Shown here: piece by piece, positions 29,358 to 39,800 of the stretch
How positions within the stretch are numbered: position 1 is the first letter of the stretch
Layout: the number at the start of each line of letters is the position of its first letter
Assembly (NCBI GenBank): GCA_046758445.1
Contig: JBHIAE010000005.1
Location: 40,465-104,464 of the forward strand
DNA length: 64,000 nt
Direction of reading: 5' to 3'
Source of the DNA: Candidatus Thorarchaeota archaeon
Lineage (GTDB): Archaea > Asgardarchaeota > Thorarchaeia > Thorarchaeales > Thorarchaeaceae
The notes under the pieces: model-generated
What the model was told of the DNA's origin: nothing
What the model saw: the letters and a program-made list of their open reading frames with translations, nothing else
The model's database searches: none
Position numbers and translations under genes: made by a program

Positions 29358-29711
29358 CTATTTGCCTGAATTCATGGAAAGTCTTGATGCAACAGTGCCA
29401 CCAATAGCCCCTCCAAACGCACCTACTAATGACAGGATGAAGACTGCCTGGAGGATTACCAGCGGATCGGACATCGAGCGTTGAAGGACATCGAGAAAAC
29501 CAATCAGCAATGGATAGACGAGTAGAGCACCCAGCAGGCCAACAAGTGTGCCTGTTCCTACTCGCGACGCTAGGTAGCCGCCGATGGCTCCTGCCACGAA
29601 AGGAGCAAGCACAAAGAGGACTACGTAGAGCCCAGCATTAAGCAGGGCCACTGCAATTACGATTCCGGAGAGGCGGACCAGCTCGGCCCGAAACGTTTGT
29701 CGTTGAGTCAA
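29358..29711 (-). CDS. Small Gly-rich membrane protein
   Basis: 117 aa, 4 hydrophobic helices with GxxGG motifs. Confidence 0.7.
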   Translation of the reverse strand: MTQRQTFRAELVRLSGIVIAVALLNAGLYVVLFVLAPFVAGAIGGYLASRVGTGTLVGLLGALLVYPLLIGFLDVLQRSMSDPLVILQAVFILSLVGAFGGAIGGTVASRLSMNSGK

Positions 29712-29896
29712 GATGAGCCATCAGTTGCGCATCCGAGGTGGGTTATAACCATGCCGTTCACCCATGCACTGTCACTGTAGCCCGGCTCGTCATGAAAGGA
29801 GGAGTAGAAGTGACGAGAATCAAAGTGAGATGGGAACAATGAGGAGGGTTTAATATTCATTTCTGGATTTCTCGGGCTCATCAGGAGAAGCCTGGA

Positions 29897-30820
29897 TTGT
29901 CAATGACTATGGCGGTGCCCAAGGGATACGACTTGTTAATGTCCGTTCATTCATGGATATACCCCGACGTCCAACCTGTTCCCGAGAAGACAGGTCCTGA
30001 ATGGTATGGACGAGTTCTCACCATAGACCAATTGAGATGCCCAACAGTTGTCAAGCAGCCCCGACCTGGAAGTCGTCTTAAAGTGTCCTTCTCGTCTGAC
30101 AATCTTAGCGGGAAAGAAGTGGCTCGAAAGGTCAGAAGAGTCTTGGGATTTGACATTGAGACTCGACCAGCCCTCGACAGGATCCTTGAGGACGATGCCA
30201 TTTCCTATGTCGCTACGAAGATTCAGGGGATACGTCCCTACATTGCAGACAGTCCTTTTGAAGCACTTGTCAAGTCGATCATACAGCAGCAGATCTCTTA
30301 CAGAGCCGCCAATCTGATTACGAAGCGATTGATCCTCGGTCTGTCTAGCCCTAAGCCAGCTGAAGGCGAGTACCTCTATATGTTCCCAGAAGCTTCATCG
30401 TTGAAGGACTGCGGGATTGACCGACTGAAAGGTTATGGCCTGGGATATAGGGCTGAATACGTCAACAACGTGTGTACTCTGGTCGAAGCCGGCAAGCTCG
30501 ATTTACAAAGACTGCTCGAAGTGCCATGTGAAGAAATCCTTGAAGCATTATCTGGCATTCGTGGAGTGGGAGAGTGGACAGTTCAGACGTTCATGATTGC
30601 AGGAATTGGAAACCTCAGCATCTTTCCTTATGGGGATCTTGGTACCAGGAATCTTCTGGGGCGAATCTACAATGCTGGCAAAAGGATGAGCGCGCAGGGA
30701 GTCATTGAAAGAAGCAAGGCTTGGGGTCAACACGGACCAATGATACTCTATTTGCTAATGTGTGCAGATGTGCTAGGACTTTGCGAGAGTGCAAGCAGGC
30801 CGAAAATGCATAAAAGGTGA
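29897..30820 (+). CDS. alkA: AlkA-like DNA-3-methyladenine glycosylase (HhH-GPD)
   Basis: PFEALVKSIIQQQIS, FPEA, GLGYRAEY, HhH LSGIRGVGEWT, FPYGDLG. Confidence 0.88.
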   Translation: MSMTMAVPKGYDLLMSVHSWIYPDVQPVPEKTGPEWYGRVLTIDQLRCPTVVKQPRPGSRLKVSFSSDNLSGKEVARKVRRVLGFDIETRPALDRILEDDAISYVATKIQGIRPYIADSPFEALVKSIIQQQISYRAANLITKRLILGLSSPKPAEGEYLYMFPEASSLKDCGIDRLKGYGLGYRAEYVNNVCTLVEAGKLDLQRLLEVPCEEILEALSGIRGVGEWTVQTFMIAGIGNLSIFPYGDLGTRNLLGRIYNAGKRMSAQGVIERSKAWGQHGPMILYLLMCADVLGLCESASRPKMHKR

Positions 30821-30857
30821 CGAGTTGCTGGTGACCTGGGCACCTGGGTGAAGCTCT

Positions 30858-32018
30858 TTGACTGTGAATAACAAGAAGAAGAACACCAAGCAGTGGCGCA
30901 TATACTCGATGTTCCTCAAAGAGTTGCGGCTCATCCAGAATGACAAGTTCGCTCTTCTCCTCATCTTCGCACTGCCAACGATGATTATGGCCACTATGTA
31001 CGTCGCCATTAACCAAGGTGGCGCAGGATTCATTCCAGCAGATGCTGCTGGCAAAAGTGAGGACGCTATCAGTCTAGGGGTAGTTGATGTTGATCCGACT
31101 GATACATTCCCTGGTCAGGATCTTTCTGCAAACTTCACATGGTATCTGCAGAACAGTACTGACTTCATTGTCGTGATATTTAGCAATGAGAGTGAAGCTC
31201 TCAACGCACTCTACTACGACAGCATTGATGCGTATGCAGTAATCCCTTACGGCTTTGAAGGAAACATAACCGGAAACATACCTGCTTTCGTCAACCTTCA
31301 TATCAGCAGCACAAACTTTCAGAGCCAATCAGCTGTCTTCTCAAGCTTCAGCTCGGTCGTAGCAGAATTCAGGTATGACCATGGTTGGATAAGGAACGAG
31401 GTGGACCTCGACACTGTGCGAGAGTTTGAACCTTCAGGGAACTACACCGCAGCCACCTTTGGTGTCTTTATGATGGTGTTCGCAGTGTTCATCGCTACCG
31501 CAGCCACTGCTGCTCAGGCGATTGTGGGGGATGTACCGCTCAATAGGATGTTGTTGACGCCGGCCACAAAAATGGAGGCAATCCTGGCCAAGATCCTCGC
31601 CTACTTCTCTGTCGGCTTTGTCCAAAGCTGGTTCCTGCTGTTCATGTGGCTGGGGCTCTTCAACATAGTTCCAAATACTGACATACTTACATTGGATGCA
31701 GTTCTGCTTCTGATGTCCATCTCGGGATCAGCATTAGGTGTTGCGATATCGACGCTTGTGACGACTAGGCTGCAGGCGAATCAATCATTCCTGTTCCTCT
31801 TGTTTGGATCGATGATTGTAGGAACAGGCTTTATGGATGTGGGGATAATAGATGACGTCTATCCTCTGAACTTGGGACGAGTGATGATCATTGATACCGC
31901 CTTCAAAGGCATCGAACTCAGTCAATTCATGAACGACATAGTCACGATAGCGATATTCACAGCCTTCTCCCTCTTGTTTGCCTGGGGAGTCTTCTCTAAG
32001 AGAACAAGCCTCGCCTAG
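30858..32018 (+). CDS. ABC-2 type exporter permease
   Basis: KELRLI..DK, extracellular loop with IP.GF, RMLLTP...ILAK, 6 TM; no adjacent ATPase. Confidence 0.85.
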   Translation: MTVNNKKKNTKQWRIYSMFLKELRLIQNDKFALLLIFALPTMIMATMYVAINQGGAGFIPADAAGKSEDAISLGVVDVDPTDTFPGQDLSANFTWYLQNSTDFIVVIFSNESEALNALYYDSIDAYAVIPYGFEGNITGNIPAFVNLHISSTNFQSQSAVFSSFSSVVAEFRYDHGWIRNEVDLDTVREFEPSGNYTAATFGVFMMVFAVFIATAATAAQAIVGDVPLNRMLLTPATKMEAILAKILAYFSVGFVQSWFLLFMWLGLFNIVPNTDILTLDAVLLLMSISGSALGVAISTLVTTRLQANQSFLFLLFGSMIVGTGFMDVGIIDDVYPLNLGRVMIIDTAFKGIELSQFMNDIVTIAIFTAFSLLFAWGVFSKRTSLA

Positions 32019-32062
32019 CGCACCCGCTTGAGTTGTCTATTGAGAGTACTCTGACGGCAGAT

Positions 32063-32869
32063 TCAGATTCCGAGATAGGCCAAGATTACGAGAGCGGCGT
32101 TGTTGAGGCCATGTGCCACAGTGGGGCCCATAATTGAGTAGTTCCTCTTCTGAGCCAGGCCTCCAAGGAAGAGTCCAATTACAAGACGTGTTGGAAAGCC
32201 AAGTGGTTCAAGATGCATCAAAGCGAAAACGATGCTTGTGACTATCAGTGCATAGAGCTGGGGTCTTGACTGTCGCGAGCTGAAGTACAATTCCATACGT
32301 CGCTGCAGGAATCCTCTGAACAGCAACTCCTCACTAAACCCAACGATAAGGAACATGGCAGCAATCCACACAGCTGCTTCAAGACCACTTGATATGACGA
32401 AAAGTGACTCATCGCCAATTCCGGGTCTTCCAGCAATGAGGTCGATGAAGAATGTGATAGTATAGTTGGCAAAGAGAATCAATATGCCCACGCCAAGTCC
32501 GATTACTACTTCCTTCGCTGAACCTAATCTGGAAAGCCCAATCGACTTCAGACTGAGCCCATTCCTTCTTACATACCATAATGGTGGAAATATGAGGCCT
32601 ATCTCCGCGAAGGTTATGAGCAAGAGAGCAGCGGGGTCGATTATGATGGTCATGGTCACAACATCAATGTAGATCAGCCCGGCAGCCATCATAGGGACCA
32701 TCATTACGAATGTGAGGAGGATGGTCAAGCCAAACGCCACGCCAGTAAGAACGAAGATATGGAAGAGTCTGTCCCAATCGATCTCGCGTTCCATCTCGGC
32801 TCCTGGAACGAAAATGTCAATGCCTGAGTATTCTTTCATCTCCGCGGAATCTGGATCATAGACTGCCAA
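32063..32869 (-). CDS. CPBP (Abi/CAAX) intramembrane metalloprotease
   Basis: EELLFRG, FALMH, AHGLNN. Confidence 0.9.
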   Translation of the reverse strand: MAVYDPDSAEMKEYSGIDIFVPGAEMEREIDWDRLFHIFVLTGVAFGLTILLTFVMMVPMMAAGLIYIDVVTMTIIIDPAALLLITFAEIGLIFPPLWYVRRNGLSLKSIGLSRLGSAKEVVIGLGVGILILFANYTITFFIDLIAGRPGIGDESLFVISSGLEAAVWIAAMFLIVGFSEELLFRGFLQRRMELYFSSRQSRPQLYALIVTSIVFALMHLEPLGFPTRLVIGLFLGGLAQKRNYSIMGPTVAHGLNNAALVILAYLGI

Positions 32870-33002
32870 ATGGAGTTACACCGTGAGCTGGGGGATTATG
32901 TGTTTTGATAAGGGTTTAGTTCGGTATCAGATTCTTGCTGCATTCGATACACTTTATCAATACCCTATCATCCATGTGAGAGCTGGGTCGGGACTGTAAC
33001 AG

Positions 33003-35015
33003 GTGGTGAGTCTACAATTGGATGGAGATGCTGAGCCAACACCCGTGAGGGGGACTGCACTCCTAGTTATCACCATCATCATTGTCGCTATTTCTCTGGG
33101 CGCCGCCGTACTACCACGAAATGGACCTACACCGGATCTTAGAGTTAGAGTTGCAGTCATTGACTCAGGTATCACGAAAGACGGAGAGCTTCTTGCGAGA
33201 GTTGTGGCAGAAACGAGCTTCATAAACTCAACCTTCGGCTACAATGCAGTGGACAACTCAACTGAGGATAGCCAACCTAATGGTAGTCCGCATGGAACAT
33301 ATGTTGCAAAGATACTCTCGCGCAAAGCCCCGGATGCCGCCATTGTCAATGCGAAGGTCGTAACGGCGAACAACACCGCAACTATTGAGGGCATCATCAG
33401 CGCGATTCGCTGGGCTGTTGACGAGGAGAACTGTAGCGTCATCAACATCAGTCTCGGCACTCTTCCAACCACGAAGAGTCAACTAGGTGAAGTGGTGAAA
33501 TGGGCATTTGAGAGGGGTGTTTCGATTGTGGCGGCTGCCGGAAACAACGGCATGGGTGGGGTGGCTGGGACCTCGATCGAATCCCCTGCAGTCAATCCAG
33601 AGGTTATTGCAGTGGGTGCGACTGATGACAGAAACAGAATATACGATTTCTCGGCGAGAGGACCCCTCTGGGACCGGACCATCAAACCTGACATAAGTGC
33701 ACCCGGTTTCTATACAGAAAACGGGGTTACCGTGTTCGGGACTAGCTATGCTACTCCTGTAGTTTCAGCGGCCGCCGTCAGACTCATCGAGTTCTGCGAA
33801 GAGAATGACCTATCTTGGACACCGGGTATGATAAAGGCCACATTACTGGCAAGTGCAACTCATCTCTCCGTAGAAGAATGGGAAGTAGGGGCGGGTGTTG
33901 TTGACTTGGTTGAAGCCCTGTCCTTGATCGAGAACGCAATGGAAAGCGAAGGCCTTCCACAGATTGCAGCACTCTCTCCAACCTCCGGTCCTTTTAGCTT
34001 TGAACGTTGGTTTGTGAATTCTACCACTCACGTGTCTCTATCAGTGTTTTGCAGCAACATCACGACATTCTCGATTCTCTATGCAGGCTCTGCTTCGGAA
34101 TGGGTGACGGGACCCCAAAACGTCACCGCTAATCAGATCGGCAAATTCCACTTTGAAATCAGAGTCGTGGCGAACGAAACTCAAAACGATCTCGACCTAG
34201 AAGTAGTTCTCATCTCTCCCGGCTACAGCTTCCTCAGAGCAAGTTTCACCTTTGACGCAGCATCTCCTCAGGCAAGGATTGCATTTGATTTTAGTCATAC
34301 TCCATGGCTCATTGATTCCATCTATGGACAGTTCAAGAGTATGTACGAGCTGATTACACAGGCAGGAATTGCAGTCGAGGAGATCAGGTTTCCACAAGAG
34401 ATCATTTCAAAGAATCTCACCGAGTATGATGCAATCTTCATCGTGGATCCTAGTGCTTGGTACTATTCAATGCTCGACAACGAAACCATTCCCGCTCCTA
34501 TTTTCTCATATTCCCCGGCGGAGATTACATCGTACACGGACTATTGGAATGCAGGTGGAAGCCTCATTGTTTTGGGACTTGGGAACTCCAGCCTCAACCT
34601 ATCATCAGCGAACGAGCTACTTTGGCCATTTGGATTTCAATTGAATTACGATCAGATACCGGCCGTCACAATTGTTGTGAATGGAGTATCCTCCACCGAA
34701 TTGATAACGGACATACAGGAGCACAACGCGACCTCTGGAATAGGTTCTTTCGATTTCAACGGTTGCTCAGTGAACTACACTGGAGGAGCCTACTCTCTGG
34801 CTCAGACTGAGGTCAGCTTTCTTCTTACCAACGGTTCGCTGAGTCAGGAGAACCGAACGGTCATGGCTGCACTAGAAGGAGCAGGTGGAGGAAGAATGAT
34901 TGTGTCTGGCAGCAATTTCCTGTTTGACAATTGGGGAATATCAGGCGGATACCAATCCGATCAGAATGCGCTTTTTGTTCTTCAGATTACAAAATGGTTG
35001 ACAGGCATTATTTGA
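33003..35015 (+). CDS. Membrane-anchored S8 subtilase with C-terminal GATase1-like domain (site-1-protease-like architecture)
   Basis: N-terminal TM; triad VIDSG / PHGT / GTSYATP and oxyanion AAGN; C-terminal IAFDFSH...GGSLIV...NELL...GGGRMIVSG. Confidence 0.88.
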   Translation: MVSLQLDGDAEPTPVRGTALLVITIIIVAISLGAAVLPRNGPTPDLRVRVAVIDSGITKDGELLARVVAETSFINSTFGYNAVDNSTEDSQPNGSPHGTYVAKILSRKAPDAAIVNAKVVTANNTATIEGIISAIRWAVDEENCSVINISLGTLPTTKSQLGEVVKWAFERGVSIVAAAGNNGMGGVAGTSIESPAVNPEVIAVGATDDRNRIYDFSARGPLWDRTIKPDISAPGFYTENGVTVFGTSYATPVVSAAAVRLIEFCEENDLSWTPGMIKATLLASATHLSVEEWEVGAGVVDLVEALSLIENAMESEGLPQIAALSPTSGPFSFERWFVNSTTHVSLSVFCSNITTFSILYAGSASEWVTGPQNVTANQIGKFHFEIRVVANETQNDLDLEVVLISPGYSFLRASFTFDAASPQARIAFDFSHTPWLIDSIYGQFKSMYELITQAGIAVEEIRFPQEIISKNLTEYDAIFIVDPSAWYYSMLDNETIPAPIFSYSPAEITSYTDYWNAGGSLIVLGLGNSSLNLSSANELLWPFGFQLNYDQIPAVTIVVNGVSSTELITDIQEHNATSGIGSFDFNGCSVNYTGGAYSLAQTEVSFLLTNGSLSQENRTVMAALEGAGGGRMIVSGSNFLFDNWGISGGYQSDQNALFVLQITKWLTGII

Positions 35016-35018
35016 AAC

Positions 35019-35402
35019 TCATAGGAGCGGTGCGATGTTCTCACAAGCAGTTTTTGCAGCATATACTAGAAGCCCTGTCTTCATACTCTTACCTGCAGCA
35101 AGAACTAGAATCGCCTTCTCACCTGCGCTCTTCATTATCATCAGGCCAGATTCGTTCGTGAGAAGGACCTCCTCTAGAAGCCCCTGGTCCATCCTCTCTG
35201 CGGCCAAGTCGGCGACTCCCAGAATTGATGCCGCCATCGCTGCAATCTCCGCTTCCTCAAGTCCCTGTGGCACAGCACATGCGATAGGTAGGCCCTCCTT
35301 GGAGAGAAGCATCCATGCTCTTATTCCCGTGGCAAGCGAAGTGGCCTCTTCCATTATCTGACGAAGTTTTCCCTGCAGTTCCTCGAATGCGGGGTCGAAC
35401 AC
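35019..35402 (-). CDS. Roadblock/LC7 domain protein
   Basis: LLSKEGLPIA, IAAMAASILG, LDQ-like MDQGLLEEVLL, KSAGEKAILVL; GGAGG before the GTG start. Confidence 0.92.
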   Translation of the reverse strand: MFDPAFEELQGKLRQIMEEATSLATGIRAWMLLSKEGLPIACAVPQGLEEAEIAAMAASILGVADLAAERMDQGLLEEVLLTNESGLMIMKSAGEKAILVLAAGKSMKTGLLVYAAKTACENIAPLL

Positions 35403-35648
35403 GGTGGCCTACCTCCTCACTATCCTTACGGCGGAAAGGTGAAGGAAATGCGCATTAATAAAGTTTGATAACATAGCTTCATGGAACAAAACAAGATGGC
35501 CCAGTTTCACGAAACAACATGTGCGTTGATTGTCAGACATGATGGATGATATGCCATTGAACCAGGAACGACTCTATTAGGGGGCGTGCCTGGCTCTAAC
35601 CTATGTTTCAAGATAGATATAATGTCCTCATGAAATGGCCAAGATGTG

Positions 35649-36485
35649 CTATGGTTCTACCCAGAACATCCTATCCCTGATCTCTTCAATTGGAGTTGAC
35701 CAAGTGTGGTCCTTCAAATCAGCTTGAGCCATCAACGGAACTTCATCATCAATCATGAATGACTCAAGATGTCCGCAAAAGAAGAGTGACGTGATATCCA
35801 CTGTCTTCATCAAGTTGTCACTGATGTCCAGCCAGAGCAGGTTCTCGCATTCCATCAGTGGAAGCAGATCGATCTGCAGTATCTTCGTATTCCGCAGCCA
35901 GAGGCCTTCAAGCGATGCGCAGCTCCTGAGTGGCGAGATGTCTATTTCATCAAATCGGTTATTCTCCAGAAACAACTCTTGGAGGTTTGTGCATTTCGAC
36001 AATGGTCGCAAGTCCACGCCAATCAGTTCATTGTTGTCGAGTCTCAGGAATCTAAGAGCTGAGCATTTGCTGAGAGGTGACAGGTCTAGGATCGAAAAGC
36101 TATTGGATTGAAGATTGAGTTCTTTCAGACGTTTGCACTTCATCAAAGGTGTTAGATCAATTCGCTGTAGTCTATTCATCTCTAGTGAAAACGTGTCAAG
36201 GCTCTTGCACTTCCCAAGGGATGTGATATCAATTAATGCGAGGAGATTTGAGCCGAGAGAGAGTATTTCGAGGTCCTGACATTTTCCGAGTGGTTCTAGG
36301 TCAATGCTGCTGATAGAGTTGCTTGACAGATTCAGCTCTCGTGGATTCGGGCATTCTGCTAGGGGTGAAAGATCGACTCCTACTATGTTTCGACCAGACA
36401 GATCCAATTCGGCCGTGTCATCACCCTTATCGAGATGCAGCTCCTCTCCACTTTCATTCGTGAAGTTGACACGTATATCAGGCAT
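35649..36485 (-). CDS. Leucine-rich repeat protein
   Basis: About 9 repeats of 22 aa, LxxLxLxxNxlxxiDlxPLxxCxx. Confidence 0.92.
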   Translation of the reverse strand: MPDIRVNFTNESGEELHLDKGDDTAELDLSGRNIVGVDLSPLAECPNPRELNLSSNSISSIDLEPLGKCQDLEILSLGSNLLALIDITSLGKCKSLDTFSLEMNRLQRIDLTPLMKCKRLKELNLQSNSFSILDLSPLSKCSALRFLRLDNNELIGVDLRPLSKCTNLQELFLENNRFDEIDISPLRSCASLEGLWLRNTKILQIDLLPLMECENLLWLDISDNLMKTVDITSLFFCGHLESFMIDDEVPLMAQADLKDHTWSTPIEEIRDRMFWVEP

Positions 36486-36881
36486 GCGGGGAGCCTCAGC
36501 TAGTTTCTTCCTTTGTTTCGCAACGTTCGCAGGATGAATGATTAGGTTTCACTTTCTGATTCATGTGGAACGCGTCTTGACTCATGTACGCACTCGCCAT
36601 TCTCTAACGCATCTCTGGCTGAATCGGGGACCTCGGACCCGTCTTATAAGACTGTGATAGCCTTTCTATGTCTGACATTCTCTCAAAAGAATTCGTTGGG
36701 AATTAATCTGGGTAATAGCTCAAGCTGAAGCCATTTGAGCGCCATACACGACAAGGATAGAAGAAATCGACCCGCCCCTTCTGATGATCGGGGGTAAGAC
36801 ATCGTTCCATCCAATCCTTCACAATTGACTGCGCTTCAATTCCTTGCAGGAGTAGACTGTGGATAGGGCGGAGCCAAGGCA

Positions 36882-39800
36882 ATGAGAAGAAATGGATTAG
36901 TCTTCATGTTTACTGTTGTCCTATTTGGATTCATTTTGTCAATGCCAACTAGCTCCTTCGTGTCTATTGGAGCACAGAATCTTGATCAGCGTCCTTATTC
37001 GAAGTATGAATTGTCGGGGTTTGGCGACAACCTAGAGGACTTTGTGGATCAGACTTCAGACCTTCACGCACCGGCGGACTTGGGCACACACTCGACATTT
37101 TCGGATATCCAAGACTATGGAGTCAACTACGACCAAATGCAGGAAGAAGACACAGGTGGCATAGGTGGCGGGGTCCTAGTTGAAGACTACCTAGATCAGA
37201 CAAGCGACGTTGATATTTCGCCAGACTTGGGCAGTCACGGTGCATTTGCAGACCTTCAAGATACCGATGATACCTACGACCTGCTGTCAGAGGCTCTGCC
37301 TACGGCGCCTCCTGTTTTCCAAAGCAGTGCAGAGTCTTGGTCTGCAGTAGGTCAAGCTGGCCACAGTTTCAACTACACTCTTACTACCTTTTCTGGCGAT
37401 AATCGACTTGTTGTTGTTGGAGTCGCTTGGGAAGACGCCGAGGCAACTGCAGATGTTACAGATATCACTTTCAACTCTGTATCAATCGCTACAGAACAAA
37501 TCGCAGAGATAGTCGCTGATGTAGGATTCTCTACGTATGTGGCTGGTTGGTATATACTTGACGCGAATCTGCCTTCAAAAGCTGGGTCCTACAACATAAC
37601 TGTCACTGTAAGTGAAGCTATAACAAGAGAGATCATGGTGTTTGTAGCAGAATACACCGGAGTCGAACAAGAGGCGCCTGACGACACAGGAAGTCACCAG
37701 ACACCGAATCCAGGTGATACGACCTTCACAGTCACCGCGAACGAGGACAATGCATTGATTGTTGCTGTTGGGTGTACTGGGGGAACAACCTCCATGACAT
37801 CGGTGACTGGTGGTATCAGCAACCACGAGGATGTATCCGATCCTACAGTTACTTCAGAGGGTGGTGCAATAGCGGACTATATTGGTGCAACATCAGGTGA
37901 CCACACTGTTGGTTGGACTGGACTTGCTACCAGAGCCTGTTCGATCGGTGGTGTCTGGAGTGGTGCTGCCAGTTCATCCGATTATCAGATGGACCTAGAG
38001 GTTCAGTTCACGACAGTTGTCGATTTCTTGATAACTGAAGAGTTGTGTATTAAGACGGGGACATTCTCAGGCTCAGAGGACATCAATGTCACATATTGGA
38101 GCGGGTCTTCTTGGACAAGCATTGCCTCCGATTTGACTGCTAGTCAGTGGAACAACTTCACAGTCTCATTGACAAGTTCAACCTTCGCAATCAAGTTTGG
38201 TGGATCGTCCACAACCTCTGATGCAGTGTTAGACACTTGGAACATTGATTCAGTCCTACTTCAGGTTTCAGGAGCTGGATCGAAAGAGGACGTAGTGGAT
38301 GTACAGAGCGATGTAGATGGTTCTGCTGATGTTGGGACTCACAGCTCATTTGCAGAGATGCAGACCGCCGACCTCACGTATGATACATTGACGGAAATCG
38401 ACACCGCCGGTTCACTGTCAGGAACTGTCGGCTACACGTTTCCAGGCTTCACCGATCTAAATCAACTTGAGATAAATGAGATAATACTCTGTCAGTTCTC
38501 TCTTGGAGAAGACAATGTCAACGTGTATAGCATGAGTGCTTACGGAAGGATTGATGCCGGCTTTGGTACAGAAGTAGTCAGATATCTGATATACGCTGAC
38601 AGTGCTGGTTCCCCTGGGGCCTATCTAGGCCCAACCAACCAGGGCACTTGGACCGCATCAGCAAGTTGGACTACATTAGATATGGAAACGAATCTCACTT
38701 TGAGTTCTGGCGATTATTGGCTGGGCCTATGGAGCAATGACGAGATAAGGCCCTACTATCAGTTCGGTGCAGCTGGTCAGACTGCCATGAACGTGAGTAG
38801 CAGTAGCTATCCTGCACAGCCGGATCCATTCGGTTCCGTCACTGAATGGCATAATCGGGAGGTTTCAGTGTATTTCAGTTGGGACAAGGATCTTCCAAAT
38901 AACTATGAACTCGATCTTGAGGTTCAATTCACTGATATTCCATATCTGTTGCCTGTTGAGAAGCTCTGCATTTACGCGGGAGCCGTTGATGCCGAGGACA
39001 TTATTGTTCAAATTCGGACTGATGGTGGCACATGGTCAAACGTAACTACTGATCTGACGGGCTCATCTTGGAACAATCACACGATCAAACTCAATACCAC
39101 CACCCTGACCATACGTTTCATCGACGGTACGCCGACCGGTGATACTAGTCAGGGAACATGGCAGATTGACATCGCTCTGATGTATCTCGAACATCCAGGT
39201 GGCGGTGCTGGCTCCATTTCATTTAGGGCCTTTGCAGCCGCAGTCGGACAAGACACCACTTCTGTCATAATCAATAAACCCAGTGGAACGATACAGAACG
39301 ATGTGATGGTGTGTACGGTCTTAACTACCGGTGGAACTGGAGTGACTTTCACGCTGACAGGATGGACTATCATTCAACGACACGATAGCGGAACAACACT
39401 CGCTCAGGCACAGTATTACAAGGTCGCAGGTGCAAGCGAACCAGCAACATATACCATTTCATTCAGTCCACAAGTTGTTGGAGCGGCTGTTGGTATCGCA
39501 ACCTACATTGGAGTGGACACCACAACTCCAATAGACGCGTACAGTGGGCAGGTAAATGCTGCATCCACAAGTGTCACAGCCCCTTCTATCACTACGACAT
39601 CAGCAAATGCTATGCTAGTAGGAGGATTTGGGACTTTCGTACAGACTACTATCACACCAGCCACAGGCATGACAGAACGCTATGATATTGTCGGTGGAAT
39701 CGGTGGTGACGACCAAATAACGGATGAGGTAGCTGATGAAGTAAAAGCCACAGCAGGCGCAACTGGAACACGAGTAGCCACTGCAGGACTAAGTGCGGTT

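Noticed and set aside
29786-29817. CTCGTCA/TGACGAG inverted repeat as a SECIS-like element
   Set aside because: No upper stem in the 18-nt purine loop and no selenoprotein candidate nearby.
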